DNA of 63,955 bases, counting the filler, from Stramenopiles sp. TOSAG23-6 (lineage: Eukaryota), in NCBI GenBank assembly GCA_900128565.1. It is 7 parts of 7 records of this genome, joined end to end, with 100 filler letters (N's around TTAATTAATTAA, not from the genome) between each part and the next. Parts side by side here need not be neighbours in the genome. Positions count along the whole stretch, not along the records: positions 20,896 to 31,222 come from LT636319.1; positions 31,323 to 41,646 come from LT636320.1; 5 more parts are not named here. One strand, written 5' to 3'. This document shows, one piece after another, positions 25,064 through 38,144 of this stretch. Below the pieces are notes generated by a model. The model ran no database searches. It was not told the DNA's origin and saw only the letters and a program-made list of their open reading frames with translations. The translations under genes and the position numbers were made by a program. Numbering within the stretch: the first letter of the stretch is position 1; the number at the start of each line of letters is the position of its first letter.

Positions 25064-26015
25064 TTAATGACCACCTCCAGATCTAAGACGTTTCTGTGCC
25101 AAAGCTTTGCGTGCGTGGCGAACTGTATTGTACGAATATAGGCAAATAAATTAAATTTGAGTATATGTGTAATGGAAAATATGTATAATTATATGAAATA
25201 GGGTCATAGTTCATAAAGAGCGAGGGTGACATTTTGCACATTTGAAATTGTTTCCGTACGAAATTTTCGTACCTAACGAATTTCGAATTTGCAAATGTCA
25301 ACACTCAGCTTCGTAAATGTTCAGACAAAAAAGTTTTTTTCGTCAAATATAGGAGATGAAGCCCTATCAGTCTTTGAAAAGAGTATTTTGTATCATCACA
25401 ACAAATCAATGAAGTAAACGAGTCATTGCACTTTCCTGGTGTTAAGAGAAAAGTAAAAAAATCGAATACATAAAATTAGGTAAAAATAGAAATGNAAAAG
25501 AGTTACTTACCAGTGCGTCCAGTTGGAGCAGCTTTTGGGACAGCTTTAGTCTTTTCTTCGACAATAACTTCGATATGAGCAGGTGATGCCATGTATGCAC
25601 CAATACGACCGTGAGCACGGTATGTGCGACGGCGCATCTTTGGTGCACGGTTAACCTGTACATGGGTAAGGTAAAGACTGTCAACTTCAAGTCCTTTGGT
25701 TTCTGCGTTTGCCTCAGCGTTGCGGAGAATATCAAGGAAATAAGCAGCAGCCTTTACTGGCCATCCAGCCTGACTACCAGGAGCGTTCATGTCTTTACCC
25801 TGAGCGTTGCGACCGCAACCACCGGTGTAGCGGCGGAATGCGATAGCGCGCTTGAATTCGCGGACATCCTCGAGGTACTTGATTGCCTTAAGGAGAGGGA
25901 GGCCCTTGATGCAAGCGCCAACCTCACGGCAGTTCTTGTAGTGAACACGAAGGTTAGAACCACGAGCTTTAGCGCTCTTAGCGGTGTTAGTAGGATCAGT
26001 AGAATAACGGACCAT
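25064..26015 (-). CDS. RPL17: 60S ribosomal protein L17 (uL22), 2 exons
   Basis: MVRYS...[13 protein letters not shown]...[10 protein letters not shown]. Intron 25123-25510 (gtaagt..caatacag). Last exon [19 protein letters not shown]. Confidence 0.96.
25303..25400 (-). ncRNA. Probable intronic C/D-box snoRNA
   Basis: Inside the RPL17 intron: C box GTGATGA, guide ACTCTTTTCAAAG-A directly before a CTGA (D'), terminal CTGA. The guide is complementary to the conserved LSU rRNA sequence CUUUGAAAAGAG, recalled from memory. Confidence 0.65.
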
Positions 26016-26204
26016 TGTTTTAGAGTATTCTTCTCTTGGCATACAACGCAAAAACCCACCCACACGAGACAGGAAAGGGAAAGAAAAAAGGAGAAACAAA
26101 AGAGCTGAACTCTTTTTCGGACAAACCTGTCTAGTCAAAAAGTAACTGATTTTTTTGACTAATAGATTTGACTTGCCTTCACACTGGATATTTTTGCTTG
26201 AAAA

Positions 26205-26738
26205 ATGGAGGCAAGCTTTGATCAACAGAAATGGGATGATTTAGTCGCATTTAAGTTAGAAAAAATAAAAGAACAAAACGAAATAGTTGCAGCTTATAAG
26301 AGCGCCCTCAATGATCATGATGGACTCGTAGAAAATTCTAGACTAGTCATGAAAAATCTTCATGCTGCCATCGCAACTGCAAAACAGCCTGGTTATTTTA
26401 AGTATCATGAATCCTCAGATAGAGTGAAGAAAATAGAGGACCGTGGCGAAATAAAGAGTTTCAATCAACGCATAAATCAAATTCAGAAAGAAATTGACCA
26501 TGCTGCAAGTGAAATGGCCGAAATGGACCGCAGGCGACGACAAAGACTTGAAAACGGAAATCTTCCAGCTGTGGGTTCCCTAGCTCAGTGGTTTGTACAA
26601 TATGGAGGGAAACCACGACAAATACCCGCTGGTGGCGTGACAGAGTTTATACCATCATCAAAAATATATGGAGGTACGAAGCATCATCCTGCCTTTAAAA
26701 GCTTAAGCAGTGGAATGCGACGTGGAACACACACGTAA
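26205..26738 (+). CDS. Coiled-coil protein, unknown function, divergent from RPL17
   Basis: Intact 177-aa ORF with heptad-like charged segments. Confidence 0.55.
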   Translation: MEASFDQQKWDDLVAFKLEKIKEQNEIVAAYKSALNDHDGLVENSRLVMKNLHAAIATAKQPGYFKYHESSDRVKKIEDRGEIKSFNQRINQIQKEIDHAASEMAEMDRRRRQRLENGNLPAVGSLAQWFVQYGGKPRQIPAGGVTEFIPSSKIYGGTKHHPAFKSLSSGMRRGTHT

Positions 26739-26914
26739 AACCGAGTAGCTGCTCAAAAAAAACAATTAAAAAACCAATTGTTTGGAACAAAATTCTTTAC
26801 GGAAAAAAATCTTTTGAGTGTATAATTTGAAATGTAGTATAGAAAAATAGTTATAAGAAATGTAAAGTAAGAAACAAATCGAGCGCTAATTCTATATTTT
26901 ACTTAAAAATAAAC

Positions 26915-29128
26915 TTATTGTATCGTACATTTATATTTTCTTCGAAATTTTTGTAATTTCGAAGGTTTCTTTTTTTTTTTTTCAAAATTTCTTTTTCCGA
27001 GTCGTTTAGCTTCGATTGCATCAATTTCACGTTGTTGTGCTTCTTTATCAAAAGGAATACCTCTCTGTTCTGCAATGAAATACCCAACTCCCCCAGTATC
27101 TTCATATAATTGCCATTCTCCTTCGTACCCTTTTCTAATTAAATTATGATGTATTGTGAAAAAAATCAAAAAATTAATTCGTTAGGTACAAAATGTGGTA
27201 CGAAAAAAAAATCAAAATTCATGATTAAAACGTATACCTTTGAGTCTCTTTGATTCAGCCCACATTCGCATTTGTTGAGTGTTGTATGGATCATTTTGAA
27301 GACAATACACACCGTAATCTATATAATACCAACGAGTCTCTTTATCTTTTACATCAAATGGGGCATGACCTAAACTTTCCCTTTCAACCCAGATGGATGA
27401 TGAAAAAATATTTCTGAAAAAAAATCGTTAGGTACAAAATTGAGTACGAAAACAAAACAATAATAATTTCACAATGAAAATGTACTCACCACGTCGGCCT
27501 TTACGAATTAGACATTTTTTATTTAATACCCGATTCTGTCGGAGCATTTCAATATCAAATGTCTTTAAAGGTCCTTTCACTAGTTCACGATTTTTTTGAT
27601 CAAGTAGAAACCAAACAGTATAAGCTACTTTCCGCCCTTCTAATTGATCAAAATCTATTTCTGATTTTTTTGTAAGATCTGGATTCGAAGGCCAAATCCA
27701 AACTTCGTTAAAGCCTTCCTTTGATAACGGTGCAACGCCAGAAGTTATCATGCATCGATCTTCATGGGAAAGTCGGACAAGGAGGACCCCTCCTGGACAC
27801 CCAACATCATATATATGAAGAAGTTCTTTACTAATGCGTGCCCAAATTTTAACCTTTCCATCTTGACCTGCACTTACAATACTTTCATCATTCCGAGGAA
27901 TGGTTACATCATAAATTATACCATCATGTGCCTTTTCCCAGATATGTTTTGCTTCAAGTGTTGATTTAATACCAGACATTAATTTTCGTTTCATTTCTTT
28001 ATAATTTGTATCCCAAAGGATCAACTTGGAATCGGCTCCTCCAGTAGCAATGACATTCATATCCCAGCTCATGCAGACCCCATGAACACCACCAGAATGT
28101 TTTTTGAATGTGTGTAGCATATCATAAGAAACAGTCCATTCTTCTTCATTTTCTGGTTCATCTTGATCTTTCCGAACTTCAAAATCCCACATTTTTAATG
28201 TGTTGTCATAAGATCCTGTGAGGAGTTTTGTATTATCGGGAGTCCATGCCATTCTCATGACGCCACTATTATGAGCACGCTTAATATCATGCACTAACTC
28301 TTTTTCCAAAACACTCCAAATTCGAATGGACCAATCTGTTGCTCCACTGACAAGGTGTCGATGATCTGGTGTAAAAGTTAGACAACTAATTTTGTTACTA
28401 TGACCTTTGAGAGTTCCATGGAGCTCTAGTTTTGATATGTTCCAAATTTTAATTTCCGATCCTCCCGACGAAGCAGCATAAGAATTATTTCGGCTAAACG
28501 CAACAGCTCCTATAGGTTCTTTATGGCCACCTTTGATTCTATCAAAACCAATTACATAGGAAGCTTCAAACTTTTGAGTGTAAGAGTCATATTGAAAGCT
28601 ATAAATTTGAACACTTTTATCCTCAGAACCAGTTACAATTTGTGTACTATCGGAATTTATATCTAGCGTTACCACAGGCTTATTATTATTTGCAATGTGA
28701 CTATGCTTTTCAGTATAATCATGAGGACAAGAGTGACATCCTTCATGATTCCAGTGCTTTACTTTTCCATTATAATACACTGGCTTTGCTGCTTTTCTAG
28801 TGGCAGCAGACAAAGGAGATAGATTTTCCTCTGGAATTACTTTTGTTTCTTTAAAAAATTTATCGTGAATTCTTTCATTGATTTTCTCCGATATGTTTTG
28901 AACCATTAATTGGATAGTACCACCAGCTAGATCTTCCTCGGTCATTTTTCGTGCTTTTCCAGCCATAGCAATCTCATTTTGCATCCAGTCTGGCTGCTGA
29001 TGTTTACTCTGTTCAATACGAGAGCCGAATTTTTCTCCAGTCTTATTTTTTTTTCTTTGTATTTCTCGAGCTTTGATTCTTTGAGCATGTGTCAATATAC
29101 GCCCGCCACGCCTTACCTCGCGAGGCAT
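26915..29128 (-). CDS. WD40-repeat protein with two C-terminal GYF-like repeats, 3 exons
   Basis: Multiple GH...WD repeats. Two aligned 25-aa units (P...LIRKG..G[DE]W) restored by removing introns ~27395-27485 and 27149-27235. Confidence 0.8.
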
Positions 29129-29333
29129 CTTTTTATTACTGAAATTTCTGACTCATAATACTGTTTTTGAGAATCATTCTTTGAAAGTGAAAAAGCTTTT
29201 TCGTTTTTTTGTGTAACTGCCAAAAAATGACCGATGAAAATATATCAATTCAATATATCAATAAAGATCGTCATTTATCTCATAGCTAAATCGATCCATT
29301 GATATATGCAAAGAAAATTTTATAGTCTTTACT

Positions 29334-31132
29334 ATGTCAGGAGTTACAACAGTACCTTCAATGCAAACCTTGAAAAATCGTGCAGCACTGCTAAAGAAGT
29401 CGCGCCTTAAGAGTCGGAATAATTCACAGTCAACCCTGATTCACGATAGAAAGTGTAAAGATAACGAGAGTATTATTGATAAGACACTGGATGAACTTCA
29501 CTTGCCAAGCTTACCTCGACTAAGCTCATCCGACCTAGATAGTAGAGCGAATGTGGGTGTTACTACAAGAAAACATGTCAGTGAGAGTATTCAAGATGTT
29601 CAGCGACGAAAAATAAAAGAGGAGAGTAAAAGAAAAAAAGATTCTTTGAAACATGAAATAGCAAAAAACCAGGAGAAAATCAAAAATCTTCGTTCCGAGT
29701 TAGCTGCTGGCCATCAAAAATTAAACACTTTGAAAGACGCATGTAACAAGCGCAGTTCATATGTGAATAGTATACGCATGCATTCTAATATGGTGATGGG
29801 AGAGTTTGCTGATATGAGTGTCCACCGCAGAACTAAAAAAGCTGAATTAGAAAAAATTAATAAAATGAGACGTATTTCTGAAAAAAAATTAGAGAGACTT
29901 TTAGTGTATCGCAACACTTTAAATACTATGGAACTGCGATTAATTGGAAAATCTACAAGTGATGAACACTCTCATCACAAAAAGAAAGATAAACCAGAAA
30001 GAAAAAGAACAAAATCATCGAAATCAAACTCTGTTACTGCTACTGTTGACATCAACAATAATACTCCTCTTATCGAAAGTGGAAAATCAACGTGGTTAAA
30101 TTCCGTTAAACTATATGAAGAAATTTTAGCACGATATAAGGAACAACTTCAAACAATAGCGAGTAGATGGAATACTGTTAATTTAGCTCGAAAGTCAGAA
30201 GAATCAAGTCTATTGTTAATCCGTAAAAAGATTAAGACTGCAGAGTTACTGTACCATTCTGAAATTTACGAGAAAAAGAGGCAAATAGCACAAGCAGCCA
30301 AGTTAAAATCCTGGATGTCTCAGCGTGAAGAGGAACAAAAGAAAAATAATGCGTTGCATCGAACAAATGAAACAGCGAGCAAAGTAATTGAAACTCTAAT
30401 GGAAAGGAAAGACATGAGAAAACAAATAAATCTATCAACTGCATTAAGTAGCCTAATAGATGCGTTTCAGAGATTAGAAACAGTCACTGGGAAGTCTATC
30501 AACACAATTGAGGACGCATCAAACATTGGAGATTTGTATCACAAAAGTCAAGCAAAATATTCAGAAAGTATCCCATCTGAAATAAAAGAGCTTCAAAAAG
30601 AACTAGCTCGTTGTAAAGATAGCCATGCTTCTATGAGCCAGCAACTACACATTGCTAGTTTATCGGGGATAGGTGGAAGTTTTGAAGTAGATAATAGTAG
30701 CAGTAAAAAAGAAGATGATCATCAAAAGAAGCAGTCAAACAATATGATTATAGACTCGATGCATCAACAAATAGGCTATGCTCAAGTCGATCTTCAAAAT
30801 GCTGCTTCAGAGCTTTTACACATGCAACAGTTACATTCTTCGTTGGTTGATACGGTTAATGCAATGTTGAATAGAATGTGTAAAACAGAAAATACGAAAA
30901 AATCTTTACGTAACTCAAATGTTTCGTCATCAATAGAAAATAAAAGAAAATCGCTTCGTCGAAATTCCAACGTTTCGACACCAGTAGAAAATCATCATAC
31001 TCTTTCTCACACTGAGCTTGATTCAAATAGTATAAAATCTGTAAAAGAAAACCTCGAATTAATAACAAAGAATGCGAAATATATAGTGTACCAAGTTGAC
31101 AAAAGTTTTGTGACTTCTAAAGTTGAAACACA
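29334..31132 (+). CDS. Long coiled-coil protein, possibly ciliary; 3' truncated in an intron at the contig end
   Basis: ~600-aa ORF rich in heptads, ending at a family intron 5' end. Confidence 0.55.
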
Positions 31133-31322
31133 TGTATGTTTTATTTTTTTTCAAATTGGAATTTTGTTTCGTACGAAATTTTGTACCTAACAAATTTAAG
31201 TTTTTTTTTTTGAAATATTTTTNNNNNNNNNNNNNNNNNNNNNNNNNNNNNNNNNNNNNNNNNNNNTTAATTAATTAANNNNNNNNNNNNNNNNNNNNNN
31301 NNNNNNNNNNNNNNNNNNNNNN

Positions 31323-32704
31323 TTGACCTTTCTGAGCTCTATCATGACCAATAAATGAAACATTTGCAGTAGTTGATTTTTCACTTGGTAAACCTAAATA
31401 AGCAGCAATGGCTTGCTTTGAAATATCTTTTCTTTGAGCACATCCTCCAAAACCTCCTTCTATTGGTACAAAACTATTTGAATGTTTTGATGACGTCATA
31501 GAAAAGGAAGAATATTGACCAGAACTTGATTGAACAGCTTTTTTTGGTAGTGAAGCTCCTAATGAATTAATCTGTTTTAAAATTGAATCTCTACGACTTG
31601 TACTAAATGTATACGACGGTGCTTTTTTTATTCTTGAATTATATTGAGAATTCAGTATTTTATTATGATCTACAGAATTATTTGTAAAACGAACAACCGA
31701 TTTTTGTTCTTTCATTGGACAAAACTGCTTTTGTATAGCATCTCTTTTCTCTTTTCCAAATGTTACACTAGAAATATTTCGTATTTTTGAATTATGTTTT
31801 GTATAAAATGTTTTATTGTAATCTATATTTATTGGATCATCACTCAAATCACGTGGTAAACATTTATTGTGAAGAATATTTCTTTTTTTGTTTTGTTTTT
31901 TTAATTACCATAAAAAAAAGTGACCGAAAAACAAAAAATGTAACTATAAAAAAACAAAAAATAATTTTGAAATGAAAATGTACATGCACCCAATTCATTA
32001 TACCGTTTAAGTATAGAGTCTCTATTTGTCGTATTAAATACTGTATTTGGTATATTTCGATATTTAGAATTGTGTTTGGTACGAAACACTTTTTGATAAT
32101 TTATTGAATCATNGACAAGAATATTTTTTGGTGTTTGTTTCAGCCCCGTTGCAACTTTTTTCCACATTTCTCGACTTGAAGATCCAAAATCAAAACTAGG
32201 AGGTCGACTACATTTAGAATTTGCATTGAATCCGGGTCTAGCAGCAGATGTATTTGTACTATACATACTATAATCACGTGGTAAGTATGCGTTAAGAGGA
32301 TTACTCAACTTGAGATTTTGATCTCTTGTAGAATGACCAAAATGTACTGATGGAGGCTTAGTAAAACGAGAATCAACATCTAATGATGGTGCAGATGAAG
32401 AACTATCTACATATTGACTACAGTCACGTGGTAAAGACGCATTTAATTCATTTGATTGTAAGTAAATGTCATCTCTTTTTGCTTTTCCAAATGTTACCGA
32501 TGGAATTCCACAATATTTTGAATCTGCATCTAAACTTGGTCTTGGTGCAGCTGTTACTGGACGAGACGAATGATCTTGAGATAGCTGAAGACCTGTGAAA
32601 CCTGTTGCTAACTTTTGGCACGTTTCACGACTCGCACATCCAAATTTCATTCTACTAATGTTTGATAAGGCACTTGAGTGACTAAAAGATTTTTGACACC
32701 ACAC
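31323..32704 (-). CDS. Repeat protein with PS(x)FG(x)3RD units, resembling SHIPPO/ODF3-type axonemal proteins
   Basis: Repeated PSVTFGKAKRD / PSVHFGHSTRD / PSFDFGSSSRE ... N(A/E)L(N/G)AxLPRD. Intron 31862-31983 (GT..AT) restores ACLPRD. Confidence 0.55.
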
Positions 32705-32918
32705 AAGTGAAAGGCAGTTTCATTTGTACCAGGGTACCCGGGACACGCAATTTTGTCAGCCTAAACCTAACAGGTCTGTCTGTCAATTATATATATTTAT
32801 CTCTGTCTGCCTTCATAAAATCAAAAACAACGAGAATTAGTAAAATTCTATACTTGACATAAAATAATTGAGCATCACGATTCAATAAAATTAAAGAGTC
32901 ATTTATTACTTTTACAAT

Positions 32919-33959
32919 TTATGGTTCTGTAGCACCTGCATCAATAAGTGCTTGCACAGTAACTGTATGACCTCCCTCTACAGCCCACATCAATGCAGTC
33001 TTTCCAGCATTATCTTCAATATCAAGAATAGCACCTGCAGCAATAAGTGCTTGTAAAATATCTGTACGACCCCAATATGCAGCCTGCATCAATGCAGTCC
33101 GTCCATCATTATCTTGAATATTAAGATTAGCACCTGCATCAATAAGTGCTTCTGCAATATCTGTACGACCATTATATGCAACCCATATCAATGCAGTCCA
33201 TCCATTATTTTGAGTATTAAGATCAGCATGTGCAGCAATAAGTGTTTGTACAATATCTGTATGACCATCAAATGCAGCCCATATCAATGCAGTATATCCA
33301 TTAATATCCTTAATATCAGCATCAACACCTATTGCTAGATATGTTTTCAATATACGTGCATTTTCATAGCGTACAATATTATTTCTCTCAGCGTCAAAGT
33401 GTGGTATTGCATCCTTATTAATACCATTATTGTCGCAATATTCATCCAAACGTTCGTTTTTCTGCTCAATCGATAATTTACGAAACGCCGCACTTTTAAC
33501 TTTGTGTTGGTATCTATTGATATCATAATCACTAGCACCTATAGCTTTCATTGTATCAATAACAAAAGGCACGTAAGCGTTGTTCAGCCAGGCTGGGTTG
33601 AAATAGTTCCTCTCCGTGTATAAGTGTGGTGGTTCTTTCAATCCTGCAAACTGAAATATATGCGTCATAGCGGCAGGCGCAGAATTTCCCCTGAGTCCAT
33701 GTTGTATACTTAGTAGAGCAGCATGTTGTTGTGATGACAAATATTGATTAAATACATTGTTTTGCTTATCCCACAAAGAGTTGCGCCACGCAGCTTGTTT
33801 AGGTACAATGTTTCGTTGTTCGTGTGCCGTTGGACTCTCTGCTACGGGCGGTTGACCTGTGCGCATCGGCGCAGTGTTCAATGGCGTCGAAGCGTGATTC
33901 ATATGCCATAGAACTGACAAAATACCAATAATGGCCAGTACAAAGAACTTATATAACAT
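32919..33959 (-). CDS. Ankyrin-repeat protein with signal peptide/anchor, intronless
   Basis: Four regular repeats G.TALIWAA..G.TDIV..LI.AGA.LN. Confidence 0.9.
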   Translation of the reverse strand: MLYKFFVLAIIGILSVLWHMNHASTPLNTAPMRTGQPPVAESPTAHEQRNIVPKQAAWRNSLWDKQNNVFNQYLSSQQHAALLSIQHGLRGNSAPAAMTHIFQFAGLKEPPHLYTERNYFNPAWLNNAYVPFVIDTMKAIGASDYDINRYQHKVKSAAFRKLSIEQKNERLDEYCDNNGINKDAIPHFDAERNNIVRYENARILKTYLAIGVDADIKDINGYTALIWAAFDGHTDIVQTLIAAHADLNTQNNGWTALIWVAYNGRTDIAEALIDAGANLNIQDNDGRTALMQAAYWGRTDILQALIAAGAILDIEDNAGKTALMWAVEGGHTVTVQALIDAGATEP

Positions 33960-34231
33960 GATGATGATGGATGCAACTCTTGAAGTGATAAATTGAAAGT
34001 GAAATATTCCAGAGGGTATCGCGGAATTTCGAGATTTTGCGAATTCTTTGACTGACTCTTTTTTATTGAATCAGATTTTCCAAATTTTTTTGTACTAGCA
34101 TTTTTGTAATATGTCACAGAGACAGTCACTTCGTCGAACAACCAATAAAATAAACAAGAGGTGCTGTTGTTTTGATTTAAGAAACAAGTTTCAGGATTTG
34201 ATTATATTGTAACTATTGCAATTACCCAACG

Positions 34232-36602
34232 ATGGAAGAATCTACGTTGAATAGTAAAGGTGAAGAGGAAGAAGTTGTATCCCCAAAAACTTTGAACACA
34301 CCACAGTTGATTACAACCCAAGAGAAAGCTATTGAAGAAAAAGCGGTGTCGAATATTGATGTATCAAGATCGTCTTCTACGAAGGAATCAGCCGCTGAAG
34401 CTAATATACATCCTCCTGTACCCCCACCAAGAAAAGTCGAGTCTTTGTGTGTTGAAGAGAAAAGTCAACAAGAGGATCAACCAGAGCAAAAGAAACATGA
34501 TCAACCAGAGCAAAAGAAACATGATCAACCAGAGAAAAGTCAACAAGAGGATCAACCAGAGAAAAGTCAACAAGAGGATCAACCAGATAAAAGTCAACAA
34601 GAGGATCAACCAGATAAAAGTCAACAAGAGGATCAACCAGAGCAAAGTCAACAAGAGGATCAACCAGAGCAACAGCAAGATGAACAACCAAAGCAACAGC
34701 AACATGATCAACCAGAACAGCAACAGTATTATCATCCAGAGCAAAAACAACCAAGCGCCCCCCCTCGCAATGAATCTTTACGTGCATCTGGTGATTTTAC
34801 TCACAAATATCAAAAATATTACGACATATTGGACCGGGCACGTTCAGGAAATATTGAGTTAGAAGATATTTCTTCCCATCGTGTTTTGTATAGAAATGGT
34901 ACAACTTTACAAGGATTACCCATTATTGTATTTTGTCCTTCGATACTTCCAGAACATTTTTTTGAGAAAAGTGTTCAAGGTCGAGCTCATCGACGTCGAT
35001 TACTTGCTTATTTTGTTGGTTGTCTGTATGTTTTATTTTTTTTCAAATTTCAATTTTATTTTTTTTGAAAAATTTGTACCTAACAATTTTTTTTTGAAAT
35101 ATTTTCCAAAATACCTAGATCAGTTGGTATCAAATAATTATGTCGTTATTTATTTACATACACATATGAAATGGTTTAATAATAATATGTTTGGATGGTT
35201 AAAACAAGCATATACAATATTTCCACGAACCTACAAGAAGAATTTAAAAGCTTTGTGTGTAGTCCATCCTACACGAATTCTTAAACTTTTTTTTACATTT
35301 TGTCGTCCTTTCATTTCATCTAAATTTTGGAAAAAATTATATTATTTTGATAAAATTCAAGATTTACAATGGATGATGAAACCTGTTCAAGTGATATTAC
35401 CTGATTTTGTACATAATTATGATAGAGAACTTGCATTTAAAAGAACAAAACAAAATTGGAAATCAAAAAGTGGCGCCGCAATGAAGGGATTATTTACAAA
35501 ATTTTCACCGTCAAAAAACACGAAAAATACGAAAAATCATCGAAATGTAAATAATATTGTACATGGCACAAATCACAAAAACAATAATTTGTCAAGAAGA
35601 AACGCAAACTCGAATCAAAGTTTTGAACCACCTCATCCAAAGACTCAAATTTTTGGTGTATCTTTGGATTCTTTGGCCAGACGTATTCAAGAAAAACACG
35701 AAATACAAGAAAATCACGAAATACATTTTTCATCATGTTCGAATTCAAAAACAAAGAATTCTATACCACTTGTTATTAAAGCATTTATTAATTTCCTTCG
35801 AGAGAATGCACATGTAGAACATATATTTCGTGTTCCTGCAAATTCACGATTATTAATATCAACAACAAACATGATTAATATTGGTCAAAAACCTGATTTT
35901 TTAAAACCATTTTATCAAAGTATTAAAGATCATCATTTAAATAAAAGATATTTAAATGGAGATTTAAATGGAGATTTAAATGGAGATCTAAATGAGAAAA
36001 GTAAAATGGAAAATAGTGAAAGTATTAGCAGTAATGTCAGTCTTGTGGCTTCCTTATTTAAACAATTTATACGCTTATTACCCAAACCAATTATAACGTA
36101 TTCTGTATACAAAACTTTGCTTGATGAATTTGAAAAAAATGAAAAAAATCCAGATGAAAAAAATTCATTTGAAAAAAAAAATATTGAATACTTAACAAAT
36201 TTATGTACACATAATAATCCATCAATGCACTACACACACAGACAATTTTTATTTGTACTTATTTCTTTACTTAAAGATATTTCAACCTTGGAAGAATTTA
36301 ATCATATGGGGGTAAAAAATCTATCAATAGTGTTTGCACCAACATTATTTCCTACAACTCTTGGATCTGATAACAATGAAGTGTTATTAGCTACAAGAAT
36401 GGGCGTTTCTATTACAACAATATTAATTACACATTTTGATGACATTTTCCAAAATTTTGAAAATGACGATTTTGAAAATGAGTTTGATGAATTTGTTAGT
36501 GAAATTACTACTACTTCAAAAGAACATAATCCAAGACATAGTGGAGAATTTTATGATGATGATGTTGAAGATACTGATGAAAGTGAAGAAGTTGCATTAT
36601 AA
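34232..36602 (+). CDS. BCH/CRAL-TRIO + RhoGAP protein (ARHGAP1/p50RhoGAP-like), 2 exons
   Basis: YVVIYLH...YKKNLKALCVVHP (BCH); IFGVSL, HIFRVPA, VASLFKQFIRLLPKPI, NHMGVKNLSIVFAPTL (RhoGAP). Intron 35026-35116 (GT..CT). Confidence 0.9.
34455..34745 (+). repeat. Coding tandem repeat (21-27-nt units; KSQQEDQPE / QKKHDQPE)
   Basis: Direct repeats aaagtcaacaagaggatcaaccaga are visible. Confidence 0.9.
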
Positions 36603-36794
36603 ATAATTTAATTATTTAAAAAAAAATACAAAAGATGAAATAAGATGAAATAAATACAAAATTTGCAAATAGTGTATAATTTATTCTTCAACATGTATAT
36701 AAAATTTTTGTGTTTGAAAATTGCTACACAAAAACGTACAAACAAAATAAATCAGTTACAATACTAAGGAAGAGATAAGTTGTTCTTGACACAC

Positions 36795-37830
36795 TCAACA
36801 TGGACAACTATTATCATTTGTTTGTTGCACGTTAACCATATCAACAGTACTAGGAATGTAAATTTCATCTTGGGACTCTCTGTGTATGTGAAATATATGT
36901 AAAATAAATAATAATCAATAAGGGTTTCTTTTGTATTGAATGAATAGGAACAAATTTCTTTTTGGTTTTTTTTCAGAAAATATTTTTTCAAATAATTTAT
37001 AAAAGTACTACTTACTGTCTATTCTGTGAAAAGTATTCAAATGTTGTAGAGGGTGAGTAACAATTTTGCAAAAAAAAATAAAAAACAACATGTATAATTT
37101 GGATGAAAAACAAAATCAACAAAAACAAATTACTTTAAAGCAAGATGAGCAATACGCTGAAAAGCTTGTTCCACGTTATGATTCATTTTCGCAGATGTTT
37201 CGAAATGATCGAGAGGTTTTGGTTTCTCCCGACACCAGCTAAGTGCTTTACGCTTTTGAACACGTCGTTCAGCTTCAGGCTTGTCCACTTTGTTTCCCAA
37301 GACAATAAAAGGAAAATTATCAGGATCAGGTGGCATAGCTTGAATAAGAAATTCCTCACGCCAGCTGTCAAGTTGCTCAAATGATTTCGAATCAGTAACG
37401 TCATATGCTAAGACACATGCATCTGCACCACGATAAAATGCAACACCAAGACTTTGGAAGCGTTCCTGACCGGCAGTATCCCAAATTTGCATTGTGACAA
37501 GTTTCTCTTCAAGCATCACTTCCTTGGTCAGAAAGTCTGCACCAATGGTTGCCTTGTACTGGTTCGTAAATTTACGGTTAACATACTGGTTCATAAGAGA
37601 TGTCTTACCGACAATGGTTTATAGGAAATATATAAATAAAAAATGATTAGTTTGAGTATTAGTAAACTAGAAATAGATACTTGATACAAGATGTGTGGAA
37701 AGGTTTTTTGTTTAAAGGCAAACAAAGTTTCAAATAGAAAATATTGCCATATAAAATTTCGACATATTGTAACATACCCACTATCACCTAGAATGATGAC
37801 CTTAAGGAGAACCTTTTTTCTATGAGACAT
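36795..37830 (-). CDS. RAB7: Rab7 GTPase; 4 exons, including a 3-nt micro-exon
   Basis: [26 protein letters not shown]...[21 protein letters not shown]...ETSAK...ALKQE...SCPC*. Introns 37614-37777 (GT..AT), 37019-37133 and 36880-37015. Confidence 0.96.
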
Positions 37831-38144
37831 TGTGGGGGAAATTTCTAAATCTCAGTAGTAGATGAGAGAGGAGGAAACACAGACAGACTCTTCTTCTTTT
37901 TTGTTGTTCTCGTTTGTGTGTGGTCGTGGTCGGCAATTTTTCTTGNGTCATCCTNAAAAAAAGAACAAACCTGCTTTTGTATACTAAGCGGAGAGGAGGA
38001 GCGCAAGAAAAAAAATACTACAGAGGACATTGTAGTGCCATTGTGTAGTGTACTATTTATTATTGTGTGATGTTTTTGTTTCCTTTCTCTCAAAAAAAAC
38101 AGCTTTCACACTGATTCACAAGGTCTATAGATTGACCGAGTACA

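Noticed and set aside
26016-26225. N-terminal extension of RPL17 in the ORF track
   Set aside because: Homology begins at MVRYS (26015); the upstream part is the shared divergent promoter/UTR.
34332-34862. Alternative-frame and antisense ORFs over tandem repeats (also 42533-42889, 52110-52688, 60920-61794)
   Set aside because: Shadow ORFs produced by stop-free low-complexity repeats.
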